DNA of 46,481 nucleotides from Candidatus Taylorbacteria bacterium RIFCSPHIGHO2_01_FULL_51_15 (lineage in GTDB: Bacteria > Patescibacteriota > Minisyncoccia > Phycocordibacterales > UBA10002). This document shows positions 1-9,802 of this stretch, piece after piece; position 1 is the first letter of the stretch, and each line of letters begins with the position of its first letter. The notes under the pieces were generated by a model. The model was not told where the DNA came from, made no database searches, and saw only the letters and a list, made by a program, of their open reading frames with translations. The DNA is taken from NCBI GenBank assembly GCA_001820935.1, contig MHRI01000003.1, positions 3,903 to 50,383 on the forward strand, written 5' to 3'. Position numbers and translations under genes: made by a program.

Positions 1-1
1 C

Positions 2-175
2 TCGAAAAATATGGCTGAGGCGGCACGAACACTCTCCGAAGTTCCGGGTGCGCTACATCTCCGCACCCTTCAGTCCATAAACGACATCTCGTCCGACCAG
101 TCCAATACCATCGTCTTTACCGTTCCTCTCGAAATCATGCAGGCGTTCACGGGATTCCTGAAGAAGAAAGAGTAA
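2..175 (+). CDS. 3' end of SPFH/stomatin (slipin) family protein, partial
   Basis: Frame 2 reads SKNMAEAARTLSEVPGALHLRTLQSINDISSDQSNTIVFTVPLEIMQAFTGFLKKKE*, resembling the stomatin C-terminal ALxLRxLQxLxxIxxxxxxTIVFPxP motif; not in ORF track. Confidence 0.85.
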   Translation, partial: SKNMAEAARTLSEVPGALHLRTLQSINDISSDQSNTIVFTVPLEIMQAFTGFLKKKE

Positions 176-185
176 CGATTTTGGT

Positions 186-345
186 TTCTCCTTTCCGCCT
201 CCGTCAGTTGACGGATGGGGATAAAGGAGGTGGTGAGTTTGCTCGCCCGCGCAAGTTTTGCCCCGCAAAATTTCTTCGGGCAAGGCCGGAGGATTTAAAT
301 CCCTCCTGCATAAGAATGCAGTGCTCCCTTTAGTAAAGGGAGAAT
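186..345. repeat. Mosaic of nested GC-rich hairpin repeats
   Basis: Reverse-oriented module CTCCTTT..AAAGGAGGTGG..GCCGGAGGATTT (cf. 27611-27660, 24644-24695) interrupted by TCCGTCAGTTGACGGA and a second hairpin; followed by CCCTCCTGC..GCAGTGCTCCCTTTAGTAAAGGGAG (cf. 23673-23713). Confidence 0.75.
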
Positions 346-369
346 CAAAGATTTGCTGATACTTTCACT

Positions 370-1242
370 ATGTCTGACGAACGAGAAAAACGAATCGTTG
401 AAATAGAAACGCTCATGGCGAGCGGCGATTTTTGGTTGGATAAAGACAAAGCACAGGAACTCGTCCGCGAATACAACGAGTTAAAGAAAGGGGGTGATGG
501 TGAGAATTTTGATGGAGGCGACGCGATCATGACCATTTTCTCGGGCGCGGGCGGAGACGACGCGGAGGATTTTACGGGCATGCTCCTTACTATGTACCAA
601 AAATACCTGGTGAATCATCGATTGGATATTTCGAACGTGAACGGCAGCGAGAATGATCATGGCGGTTGGCGGAACATAACCTTTGAGATATTAGGCAAGA
701 ATGCGTATGGTACACTGAAGAACGAGAGCGGCGTACATCGTTTGGTGCGCATTTCCCCGTTCAACGCGCAGAAGAAACGGCAGACATCTTTCTCCATGGT
801 GGAGGTGATTCCGAAATTACTTCCCACGGACAAACATGTGGAGATTTCGGAGAGTGAACTTGAAGTTACGACCGCGCGCGCCGGCGGGCCCGGTGGCCAG
901 AATGTCAATAAACGCGAGACCGCGGTACGTATCGTGCATACACCAACAGGTATTTCAGTGCATGTAACCTCCGAGCGCAATCAGGCACAGAATAAAGAAA
1001 AGGGGATGCAGATCATTAAGGGGAAACTATTCAAACTACGAGAAGAAGAACGACTTGCGAAAGAAAAGGGAATACAGGTCTCCAAGACGACCGCGAACGA
1101 ATGGGGAAGTCAGATCCGTTCTTATGTACTCCATCCCTACAAGATGGTCAAAGATCATCGCACTGGTGTTGAAACTACGCAGACAGACAAGGTCTTGAAT
1201 GGAGAACTCGATGAGTTTATCGAGGCGGAAAGAGGGCTTTAA
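370..1242 (+). CDS. prfB: Peptide chain release factor 2, compact N-terminal domain
   Basis: [13 protein letters not shown] (SPF motif of RF2), [10 protein letters not shown] (GGQ), [13 protein letters not shown]. Confidence 0.95.
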   Translation: MSDEREKRIVEIETLMASGDFWLDKDKAQELVREYNELKKGGDGENFDGGDAIMTIFSGAGGDDAEDFTGMLLTMYQKYLVNHRLDISNVNGSENDHGGWRNITFEILGKNAYGTLKNESGVHRLVRISPFNAQKKRQTSFSMVEVIPKLLPTDKHVEISESELEVTTARAGGPGGQNVNKRETAVRIVHTPTGISVHVTSERNQAQNKEKGMQIIKGKLFKLREEERLAKEKGIQVSKTTANEWGSQIRSYVLHPYKMVKDHRTGVETTQTDKVLNGELDEFIEAERGL

Positions 1243-1264
1243 GGCACGGGAATGGTACGGGAAT

Positions 1265-1293
1265 TTGACATGAGGATCCTCTCATGTTATCAT
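1265..1293 (+). promoter_or_regulatory. Sigma70-type promoter
   Basis: TTGACA (1265-1270), 17-bp spacer, TATCAT (1288-1293) preceded by TG. Confidence 0.6.
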
Positions 1294-1376
1294 ATTGACG
1301 GTGTCATAGCGTGTTTGTAAGCGACTCTTTGCGAGATTGCTGGCACACTGTGCGAACAACCGGTTGGTTTTCTGTT

Positions 1377-1808
1377 ATGAAAAAGTTTCTTGCGGCCATT
1401 GGCGTGCTTACGGTTCTCTACTTTCTGTGGGTCGGAGTCAGTGATTACTCGCTGCGCGACGCCTGCGGAGGGTTAATGTGGTACACAGCACATCCCTCTC
1501 TCATTGGGGACACGTGCGCATTTCTCACCACGGTCTCGCCAGAAGAGATCTGGTCAGGGTGGGCATGTAGGATAGGTGACAAGGTCCTCTACATCTCTCA
1601 CGATGTGCCGACCCTTGCCCTCGGCATTTTATGGGGCATATCGGCTCTTTGTGTGCTCATATGGGGCGCTCGATGCATAGCACGAGCGCGCCTTTTCTTT
1701 ACAGGATTTGCTATACTTGGGAGACCTTTTTACATCCATGAAAAGAAATTCTCTTTGCCGGAATATACCGGTTTTAGCCCATTGTTGCTTCTTTCTCTTT
1801 GTTTTTAG
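1377..1808 (+). CDS. Hypothetical membrane protein; 3' end uncertain
   Basis: ATG 1377 gives MKKFLAAIGVLTVLYFLWVG, with a second hydrophobic helix later; a terminator-like hairpin (1665-1700) lies inside the ORF and the tail overlaps the next gene by 71 nt. Confidence 0.5.
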   Translation: MKKFLAAIGVLTVLYFLWVGVSDYSLRDACGGLMWYTAHPSLIGDTCAFLTTVSPEEIWSGWACRIGDKVLYISHDVPTLALGILWGISALCVLIWGARCIARARLFFTGFAILGRPFYIHEKKFSLPEYTGFSPLLLLSLCF

Positions 1809-4800
1809 TGTCGCGCCTATCACACACGCGGCTTCCGACGCTTTCTTGGGGAAGAATGTTCGTATTGAATTTTCTGCTTTGCCCGCTCCATGGGCCACTT
1901 TTGTTCCACTTCAGGCGGGGGAGAAACCAATTGATCCACTTCTCTGTCTGGATAAGGCGACTTTAGAGCGGAAATATGATAATGATCGTAATACATACCG
2001 TCTCGCCCTTGATAAGGAATCGGAAAAGGTGAGAAATAAGGTAGAGGTGACCGTTCTCTCGCGGCAGAAAGATGACTTGTATAACAGCATCGCGTACCTC
2101 GACCGATTTATTGAAGCGCTACGGACGACAAAGGCGAGTCTTGATACGGCCACGACCATGAGCGGACTTGAACTTATCGCAGTTCCGCTGGGCGGTGATA
2201 TTGCAAAAAAGTATGAAAAACCAAGAACTATTCAAATTAGATGCGTAGAACATAGGAAAAACGATTCACGCACCCCCGAGGTGCCTCTTGGAGTTGGGGA
2301 CGTTGTCACCGAAAAGACTATATATGAGTCAGTTACGGATCAGCAGAAGAAGGAAATAGCCGTTATCAAAAAGACACTTGCCAGTCTTGCGGGAAACATG
2401 GAGAAGAAAATCGCTGATGGCAACATTAACTTACTTTTTGAGTTGCCGGGACTCGTGAAGTCTGCCTTTTCGTTGTTTGGGACTATCGATAAGATCAAAG
2501 AGAACATGGTCCCAGTCACCAGGAAAGCTTTTCAGGAAAGACTTTCCGATCTGCCGCCAGATACAACCTCCTCCTTTCTTTTCACGAAGGTAGCTTCAGG
2601 AAAGAATGTCTTCCCGCCAGTGTCTTCGTGGCCAGACTGGGCAGGGAGTCTCATGCCTGATAGTCGGGTAAAAGATAAAAATGATCTTCAAGAAGGAACA
2701 CTCACGTTAGGCGAGGTGTCGCTTAAACTTGCCATGATTCCTGATAAGCAAACATTAGCTGAAACACGTCTCGAGCTCGCCACGAAAATTCTTGGACTTG
2801 AAAGGCAAAGAAAGGAGTACGAATTAAAGCGCAAGGAAATTTGTAAGAAAATTAATACACTACTCGACACGCTTGCATTGGAGAAGGCGATATATGGTTG
2901 CCCTGATTTGATCCCCGTCAGTCTAGGCGGTGTCACTGGGTATACGAACACCATTGGAGAAACGGTGACGATAAAGGGAAACGGGTTTTCGCCGCAGGGT
3001 AATAGCATTTCCTTTGTGAGCGGGGACGGTGTCGCCCTCGGTTCACTGCGCGATCTCTCTTCCGATGGTGAATCCCTCTCTCTGGTTATCCCCTCGGAGA
3101 TTTTTGAGAAGGGGTCTGTCTCTTTTTATATTTCGGTCAAAAATGCCTCCGGCATCGAAAGCACTCCTCTATGGATTAGGCCCCCTACTATACAAAGGAG
3201 ATCCGATTCCTCACCTTCAGAGACATTGTTTAGCCCCAATCAAAGATATTGCGGAGAAACGGCGACGGATAAACGGATTTTTACGGGAGTGGCTCATGAC
3301 CAAAGCGGAGCGCCGAAGATTGAGGTTCTAGTTGACCCTGAATTTGAAAGAGACACTCTACGGGGGGAGCGGAAAATTACGGGCGATATTCCACTCACAC
3401 CGGTCTATGATTTGGTTGTTCGAGTGACACCCACCATCAATGAATACTGCCTCCCCCAATGGGATGGGAATGATCAGAAAGTGAGTGGGGTGTTGCCACC
3501 AAGCGAGCTACCATTCGATGCTTTTTTGATGGTCGGCGTGAAGGAAGAAGCAATACTGCTCGGTAAGCTGTTGCGCGTCGATAAGAATCCCGTAACTCAA
3601 GAATGGCGTTATGAATGGAAGTTGAAAGGTTGGCAAAATGGAATAGTAGATGCCGCAAAAATGGAAAAACTAATTCTTTCCATTACAAACAACGAGCCTG
3701 TTTACTTGGGTGTACTTACGTATCAAGAGGTGAACGGAGAGCGCGAATTTAAATGGGAAAAATCAAGTGTGTCTTTTTCAGTATGTGCTCCCATGTGGGG
3801 GAGTGGACAACATAAAGTCGTGTTTGGCCGAATGGACAATACAGACTATAGTCTCCCCAAATTTATTCAGGATGCAGAATCAGTGCGAACCAGTGGATTT
3901 GAGAAGACGGACCCATTCAATCAATACAGGAGGTACTTTTCTCATCTTTTGGATTTGCATCTTTCGGATCCGATGCCGTTCAATAATTCATTAATTAAAC
4001 TTGCCAACCCTGTTTCTGGCGGACCACGCTATAACTTAAGAAGACACAACGATACTTTTGCGAATCTTTCCGCTATCGGATCTTCCTGTGGAAATAGTAG
4101 TGTGACGGTGGCGCTCGGTAAGACACTCAATCCGGGCCAAGCGGCCATGAAAGGAAAAGCTTTATTTGTAAATAAGGAAGTAGAAAGGATATTAAAAGCC
4201 GAAAAGTATCATGGATCATTGCCAATCGTTGTCTTGCATGAATTTGGACACGCATTTGCCGGACTCAACGATGAATATGAGTATGGCGGGCCAGACAAGG
4301 AGATACCAATGCCATTTAGAAATTGTAGTACCGTCCCGCAAAGTGCTTGGACGTACAATAATGTGCGTTATGGAGACACGGTACACAAGGGGTGCTCGTA
4401 TTCTTCTGTGTATCGAATTGGCACGGGAGCCAACAAGACGGCGGTGCCTATCTATCGGCCTTCCGACAAAAGCATGATGAAGGCAGCGCAAAGTGGCGAA
4501 TTCCGATTCAATGTTGTTTCTTGCGGATATATTATTGAGGCAATTAAGGGCGGAAAGGCGCAAGATTATTGGCAGGAGTGTATGGGATACGATACGGTCA
4601 AACCGACGGGTGTTGGGGCGTTAAGATATATTTTTAGTCCGCTTCTTTCATTGTTTGATAGAGATTCATCAGGATTGACAGCCCAAGTGGGAGGAGCGAA
4701 TGATACTGATACGACAAATGAAAACGACTATCTAATTATAGAAAGTTTTGACCCGAATGATCCATGGGGCCAGATTATCGAAATCGTGCCGGATTCAGAG

Positions 4801-7800
4801 GCTCCACCGATGGATCCTCCCGAGCAGGAGGTGTCTTTTTGGCAAAGATTTCTAGACTTTTTCTTCCCTAGCAAAGTACCTGTTTCCGTCACTTCTATAA
4901 CGGGCTACACTGGCATCGCGGGCCAGACTGTTACTATAAAGGGCACTGGGTTTAGCGAAACAGGAAACACCCTTTCAGTCACTTCAACAGATAACATTTA
5001 TTTCTCATCTGTTAAAGCAGATTCTTCCGATGGTACCACGTTAACATTCAAAGTACCGCAAGCGCTTATTGACGATGGATACCTTTCATTTTTTGTTTCC
5101 GTGAAAAATGTGACTGGTGTAGAGTCAACTCCCTACTTCCTACGCCCGCCAACGACGCAGCAGCGAAGAGACTCGTCTCCTGCAGGTACTAATCTCGGAC
5201 CCAACCAGAGATATTGCGTGGCTGATACCACCGATACCCGGGTTATTACGGGTGTTCAGGAGCATCTTGACGGATCGCCCAAGATAAAAGTTGTGATTGG
5301 GCAGAAATCTGGGAACAATCTTTTGTGCGGTGGAACGAGTTCGGTGTATGATTTGACTCTCCGTGTGACGCCTATAATCAACGATTACTGTCTTCCGCAT
5401 TGGGATGAAAATGACCAAAAAATCTCGCCAGCGGCTCTTCCTCCGGAGGATTTGCCTTTTCCTGGGCATATCGTCATAGGGGAGTCGCTTGAGTTACAAA
5501 ATGTTCTAGTAGGTCCGGGAGTCCTTAAACGGACAGAAAAGGATGAAAACGGCAATTGGGTATATGAATGGAAGATTGAAAAGTGGCCAGAGGAGGCAAT
5601 GTCTGCCGACAAGTTGAAAAAACTTTTTGAAGCTCTCGGTAGAAATGAACCGATTAATGCTTTATTTGAAATTCCACAACCTGAAGGAAGCCGTGAGAAA
5701 GTTACCGCCTCTATTCCTTTTGATACCAAAGTCCCTCCCGCGCTTGGATTGTATCGAGAGAAACTTTCCCGATTGCAAAATAGTATCGCGGCGGCGCTCG
5801 CGGTGTTTAAACAGAAACAAGACGCGTGGCGTCGAACGCCGAAAAAAGCAGGCGAGATGTCGGTAGGGAATCCCACTATCGATACCCCTCTCTACATTTT
5901 GCGGAAAATGGCCCTAGAAGTGGAAACGGATGGAAATGGGAGTCTGAAAGATCATGCAGGGTTGGTCAAATTCTTTTCACATTTAAAATCACTCCAGTCT
6001 TTTCGTGACGCAACTCTTTCTTCCATCTCCCAGTTTGCAGGGGAGCTTTTGGGCTTTTCCTATCTTTATCCGCCTTCTCCCGCAAAGCCTTTGCTTATAT
6101 TTATACCGGGAGTCGGAGGCGAGCCCGGGTGGAGAGGTGCCACGGAACTTCTCAAGGGTCAGGCAGAAAAGTTCAATATTATCGGCTATACCTATAACCC
6201 CAACGATACACAATTGGCAGATAATCTTATCGCTTCATGGAGCCAGACAAGACTTAATACACATGAGACTGTTATTGCCACCATCTCGATGGGCAATACC
6301 ATACTTCATTCCGCAATTTTGAAGCAAAACGCTCTTTTTTCCAATTCGCACATAGTGAGTGTGGCGTTACTCCCGGGTGGGTCAGCCAAATTTTTTGAAT
6401 ATCCTAATCCGCCGGAATTTTTCCTTTCAGTCGTCCTTCCCCATGGAAACAATATCGCCGCTTATGTGAATCCTAAAAATCAGGTACACACTGCGATCGC
6501 GCAGAATATGCGAAATATTAAAGATTCCACTGCAGGCATTTGCTATATAAACATTCAAAATGACGAGCACATTAATAAATCCAATACTCGCCCCGCGCTA
6601 TCGCTCGCGTACGGAGATTGGAACGGCTATATCGCGAACCGCGACAAAGTTTTTTCGGGAATGAAAGGGAGCAGCATAGAGGTTTCCGCTCCGCAAAGAT
6701 ACAAAAATAATGATGGCACCACCAGCTATGCTCACCACATCAACGGATTTTACGTTCCCGAGCTCAAAACAATAATTGATTCTCTGTGGAGAAAAATCCG
6801 CGTGTTTAAACCCGTGCCCCAATCGTCCGCTCCAAGTCAACTTGCGGCGGTGGGTGCGGCTTTCGGTATCGAAACAAGCGGCGGAAGCGGCAGCTCAATC
6901 GAAACTCTCCAATCGCTTTTAGGGGATTCGACATTTGATGAGTGTGCATACCTGAAAGAGAGATTGGAAGACGGCATGATAATACAAGGGAAAGATTACA
7001 ATGCAATTGCAGATACGGTGAGAGACTATTTAGAATTGATGGGAATCGCTTGTTCGTTTGAAACGCTTGAAAGCGGTGCAAAGCGCGATTTGCAGGAAAT
7101 GGGTTTTGACCCGGATATCGGAGCTGTAGGGATCATGGAAAAAGACATCATTCCCACCATCACCTCCTTTACCGGTTACAGCGCGACTCCGGGCGAGATC
7201 GTGACAATACACGGGAGCGGGTTTTCGCTCCAAGGTAATACCGTGTTTCTGGATGATGGCGACAACCAGTATACGCTGTCCGCCGAGGTCAAGGACAGTA
7301 AGACACTCACGTTTCAAATACCGAGGGGTGCCATCCCACCCGAATACATTTCACTCAAGTCGTTCAATGTGAGCGTCACAAATGCGAGCGGGGGAGTTGC
7401 TTCCAAGTACCTTAGGGCCCCATCAACCACTCGACGCTCGGACGGCTCGCCGGCTACCTCCCTAGGCACGGGAGGAGACAGCCCTAGTGATACCTCTCAA
7501 AATGCGTCGTCGCTCTCCCTTCCAGGATTCTTGCAACGTCTAAGCGGCCTTTTGGATCGTTTTGTCCCGTTCATCATCGGACTCGCGGTCTTCGTCATCT
7601 TGTGGGGCATCTTCATCTATATCACCAAAGCCACTGATGAAGAAAAACGCGCGGAAGCGAAGCAGTTCATTATCTACGGCATTATCGGCGTCTTTGTCAT
7701 GCTCTCCCTCTGGGGGTTTGTTAACTTGCTCCTGAATACCTTTGACATACGGCGGGAGATTGAGGAGGGTGATATTCCTAAAGTTCCAACGATAGAGTAG
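1738..7800 (+). CDS. Giant (~2020 aa) surface protein: IPT/TIG repeats, M64-like zincin, alpha/beta-hydrolase-like domain, C-terminal VirB2/TrbC-like pilin
   Basis: Signal-like N-terminus; three TVTIxGxGFS IPT-like repeats; VLHEFGHAFAGLNDEY; LIFIPGVGG..TISMG; two-TM tail FIIGLAVFVILWGIFIYITKATDEEKRAEAKQFIIYGIIGVFVMLSLWG. Confidence 0.8.
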   Translation: MKRNSLCRNIPVLAHCCFFLFVFSVAPITHAASDAFLGKNVRIEFSALPAPWATFVPLQAGEKPIDPLLCLDKATLERKYDNDRNTYRLALDKESEKVRNKVEVTVLSRQKDDLYNSIAYLDRFIEALRTTKASLDTATTMSGLELIAVPLGGDIAKKYEKPRTIQIRCVEHRKNDSRTPEVPLGVGDVVTEKTIYESVTDQQKKEIAVIKKTLASLAGNMEKKIADGNINLLFELPGLVKSAFSLFGTIDKIKENMVPVTRKAFQERLSDLPPDTTSSFLFTKVASGKNVFPPVSSWPDWAGSLMPDSRVKDKNDLQEGTLTLGEVSLKLAMIPDKQTLAETRLELATKILGLERQRKEYELKRKEICKKINTLLDTLALEKAIYGCPDLIPVSLGGVTGYTNTIGETVTIKGNGFSPQGNSISFVSGDGVALGSLRDLSSDGESLSLVIPSEIFEKGSVSFYISVKNASGIESTPLWIRPPTIQRRSDSSPSETLFSPNQRYCGETATDKRIFTGVAHDQSGAPKIEVLVDPEFERDTLRGERKITGDIPLTPVYDLVVRVTPTINEYCLPQWDGNDQKVSGVLPPSELPFDAFLMVGVKEEAILLGKLLRVDKNPVTQEWRYEWKLKGWQNGIVDAAKMEKLILSITNNEPVYLGVLTYQEVNGEREFKWEKSSVSFSVCAPMWGSGQHKVVFGRMDNTDYSLPKFIQDAESVRTSGFEKTDPFNQYRRYFSHLLDLHLSDPMPFNNSLIKLANPVSGGPRYNLRRHNDTFANLSAIGSSCGNSSVTVALGKTLNPGQAAMKGKALFVNKEVERILKAEKYHGSLPIVVLHEFGHAFAGLNDEYEYGGPDKEIPMPFRNCSTVPQSAWTYNNVRYGDTVHKGCSYSSVYRIGTGANKTAVPIYRPSDKSMMKAAQSGEFRFNVVSCGYIIEAIKGGKAQDYWQECMGYDTVKPTGVGALRYIFSPLLSLFDRDSSGLTAQVGGANDTDTTNENDYLIIESFDPNDPWGQIIEIVPDSEAPPMDPPEQEVSFWQRFLDFFFPSKVPVSVTSITGYTGIAGQTVTIKGTGFSETGNTLSVTSTDNIYFSSVKADSSDGTTLTFKVPQALIDDGYLSFFVSVKNVTGVESTPYFLRPPTTQQRRDSSPAGTNLGPNQRYCVADTTDTRVITGVQEHLDGSPKIKVVIGQKSGNNLLCGGTSSVYDLTLRVTPIINDYCLPHWDENDQKISPAALPPEDLPFPGHIVIGESLELQNVLVGPGVLKRTEKDENGNWVYEWKIEKWPEEAMSADKLKKLFEALGRNEPINALFEIPQPEGSREKVTASIPFDTKVPPALGLYREKLSRLQNSIAAALAVFKQKQDAWRRTPKKAGEMSVGNPTIDTPLYILRKMALEVETDGNGSLKDHAGLVKFFSHLKSLQSFRDATLSSISQFAGELLGFSYLYPPSPAKPLLIFIPGVGGEPGWRGATELLKGQAEKFNIIGYTYNPNDTQLADNLIASWSQTRLNTHETVIATISMGNTILHSAILKQNALFSNSHIVSVALLPGGSAKFFEYPNPPEFFLSVVLPHGNNIAAYVNPKNQVHTAIAQNMRNIKDSTAGICYINIQNDEHINKSNTRPALSLAYGDWNGYIANRDKVFSGMKGSSIEVSAPQRYKNNDGTTSYAHHINGFYVPELKTIIDSLWRKIRVFKPVPQSSAPSQLAAVGAAFGIETSGGSGSSIETLQSLLGDSTFDECAYLKERLEDGMIIQGKDYNAIADTVRDYLELMGIACSFETLESGAKRDLQEMGFDPDIGAVGIMEKDIIPTITSFTGYSATPGEIVTIHGSGFSLQGNTVFLDDGDNQYTLSAEVKDSKTLTFQIPRGAIPPEYISLKSFNVSVTNASGGVASKYLRAPSTTRRSDGSPATSLGTGGDSPSDTSQNASSLSLPGFLQRLSGLLDRFVPFIIGLAVFVILWGIFIYITKATDEEKRAEAKQFIIYGIIGVFVMLSLWGFVNLLLNTFDIRREIEEGDIPKVPTIE

Positions 7801-7833
7801 ATTTTCCCCCTCATTCTCTGCTACAATAAGGAG

Positions 7834-8514
7834 GTGATTTCATTTGAAAAAGTTTCAAAAATCTATAGCGACAGTTCAGCGGCTCTTGATGAGGTTTCGC
7901 TTACCATCCGGACTAAAGAGTTCGTTTCCATTGTGGGCCACTCCGGAGCGGGGAAAACGACTTTGCTTAAAATGATTCTCGCGGAAGAACGTCCCACGAG
8001 TGGGAACATTCTCTTCGAATCAACCAACATTCACAAGCTGAAACGCCACAAGCTCCACGAGTATCGGCGGAAAATAGGAGCTATTTTTCAGGATTTTCGC
8101 CTGTTATCGGGGAAAACAGCCTTTGAAAACATCGCCTTTGCCATGGAGATGGCGGGGCGGAGCAACAAAGAGATTGCCGCCGACGTACCCTACGTGCTCG
8201 AAATGGTTGATTTGGGAAGCAAGATGTGGAACTTCCCACATGAGCTCTCGGGAGGCGAAAAACAACGAGTCGCGATCGCTCGGGCAATTGTGAATCAACC
8301 TGACCTCGTGATCGCCGATGAACCAACAGGCAGCCTTGATCCGATTAACACCTACGACATCGTGCAGATTTTGAAGAAGATAAATGATCTTGGTACCACG
8401 GTTATTCTGACTACGCACAATAAGGGGGTGATCGATTCTTTGGGGAAGCGGGTGATTACCATGGAAAAAGGGAAAGTGATACGCGATGATCCCACCGGCA
8501 AATACGTTTTATAA
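7834..8514 (+). CDS. ftsE: Cell division ATP-binding protein FtsE
   Basis: GHSGAGKT Walker A, IFQDFRLL, LSGGEKQRVAIARA, IADEPTG; upstream of ftsX. Confidence 0.93.
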   Translation: MISFEKVSKIYSDSSAALDEVSLTIRTKEFVSIVGHSGAGKTTLLKMILAEERPTSGNILFESTNIHKLKRHKLHEYRRKIGAIFQDFRLLSGKTAFENIAFAMEMAGRSNKEIAADVPYVLEMVDLGSKMWNFPHELSGGEKQRVAIARAIVNQPDLVIADEPTGSLDPINTYDIVQILKKINDLGTTVILTTHNKGVIDSLGKRVITMEKGKVIRDDPTGKYVL

Positions 8515-8533
8515 GAATAAAACGCATTTGCCG

Positions 8534-8688
8534 GAATATCGAATATCGAATTTCAAATCTCTAAAAACGAAAAAGCAAAAGAATTAAAATAAATTTTATG
8601 GTTATGTGCTAATCTTATTCCGTATTCCCTATGCTTTTCCATCTCATTCTTCATTCATACTTCATATTTCATACTTCATAATTCATTC
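8534..8688. repeat. Two heptamer tandem arrays between ftsE and ftsX
   Basis: GAATATC GAATATC GAATTTC AAATCTC (8534-8561); TTCATAC TTCATAT TTCATAC TTCATAA TTCATTC (8654-8688), ending 3 nt before the ftsX ATG. Confidence 0.8.
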
Positions 8689-8691
8689 TCT

Positions 8692-9615
8692 ATGTGGACT
8701 TCAACTAAGCGCGTAATCAAGGCAGGTTTTATGAGTTTCTATCGAAACGGCTTTGTTTCGCTTGCCTCGGTACTCATCATGACCATCACGCTTTTCGTCA
8801 TAGGAAGCGTCATCTTCCTTTCGGCGACACTGACCGCCTCTCTCGAAGAAATAAAGAGCAAAGTTGATGTGAACGTGTACTTTCTCACGAGCGCCTCTGA
8901 AGCAGAAGTGCTCGCGCTCGCGTCCTCGCTCCGCGTCCTTCCGGAAGTGCAGGAAGTGGAGTATATCTCGCGCGAACAGGCGCTCGAGAATTTCAAGAAA
9001 CGACATGAAAACGACGAGCTCACCCTGCAGGCGCTTTCGGAACTTTCAGAAAACCCACTCGGCGCGGTACTCAATATTCGCGCTAAAGAACCTTCCGAAT
9101 ATGAGGGTATCGCCAACTTCTTGAAGCGAGACAGTGCCCTTTCCAGTACGCAAGAAAACATCATTGATGAGGTAAACTACTATGACAACAAAGCCTCGAT
9201 CGATAAGCTCTCCGGCATCATGAACGCGGCGGAGCGCCTTGGATTTGGCTTCGCACTTCTCCTCGTCATCATCTCGATACTCATCGCGTTCAACACGATT
9301 CGCCTCGCGATCTATATCTCGCGAGACGAAATTGGGGTGATGCGCCTTGTCGGAGCGAGTAACACCTACATCCGCGGGCCCTTCGTGGTCTCGGGAGTGC
9401 TCTACGGTACCCTTGCCGCGCTCCTCACGCTTGCTCTCTTTTACCCGCTCACGTATTATCTGGGGGATGCGACGGAAGCGTTCTTCAGCGGACTGAACCT
9501 CTTTGCGTACTACCTGTCGCACTTTGGCGACTTCTTTCTTATTATCATAGGTTCCGGCATCATCCTTGGGGCTCTCTCAAGTTTCCTTGCCGTTCGTCGG
9601 TATCTAAATGTATAA
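8692..9615 (+). CDS. ftsX: Cell division permease FtsX
   Basis: 4-TM layout, VEYISREQALENFK, FNTIRLAIYISRDEIGVMRLVGASNTYIRGPF. Confidence 0.93.
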   Translation: MWTSTKRVIKAGFMSFYRNGFVSLASVLIMTITLFVIGSVIFLSATLTASLEEIKSKVDVNVYFLTSASEAEVLALASSLRVLPEVQEVEYISREQALENFKKRHENDELTLQALSELSENPLGAVLNIRAKEPSEYEGIANFLKRDSALSSTQENIIDEVNYYDNKASIDKLSGIMNAAERLGFGFALLLVIISILIAFNTIRLAIYISRDEIGVMRLVGASNTYIRGPFVVSGVLYGTLAALLTLALFYPLTYYLGDATEAFFSGLNLFAYYLSHFGDFFLIIIGSGIILGALSSFLAVRRYLNV

Positions 9616-9796
9616 AACACAAAGCACAATACCCAAAGACCAAACAAAATACAAAAATTCCAGATATACAAACAAAGAAGAAGGCCGGCATCATACGTTT
9701 TGAGTAACTTGTGTCTCTGTTTGGTTTTTGTGAGGTCTGTGGTTTGCAAGTCTTGCAGAACAGTATCTCGAATCTCGATCTTAGGATTTCGAATTT
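9615..9796. repeat. Degenerate heptamer arrays with inverted arms between ftsX and pyrG
   Basis: AAACAC AAAGCAC AATACCC AAAGACC.. left arm and TTGTG..TTTGGTTTTTGTG..GGTTTG right arm; then TCGAATCTCGATCTTAGGATTTCGAATTT. Confidence 0.65.
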
Positions 9797-9802
9797 ACAA
9801 AA

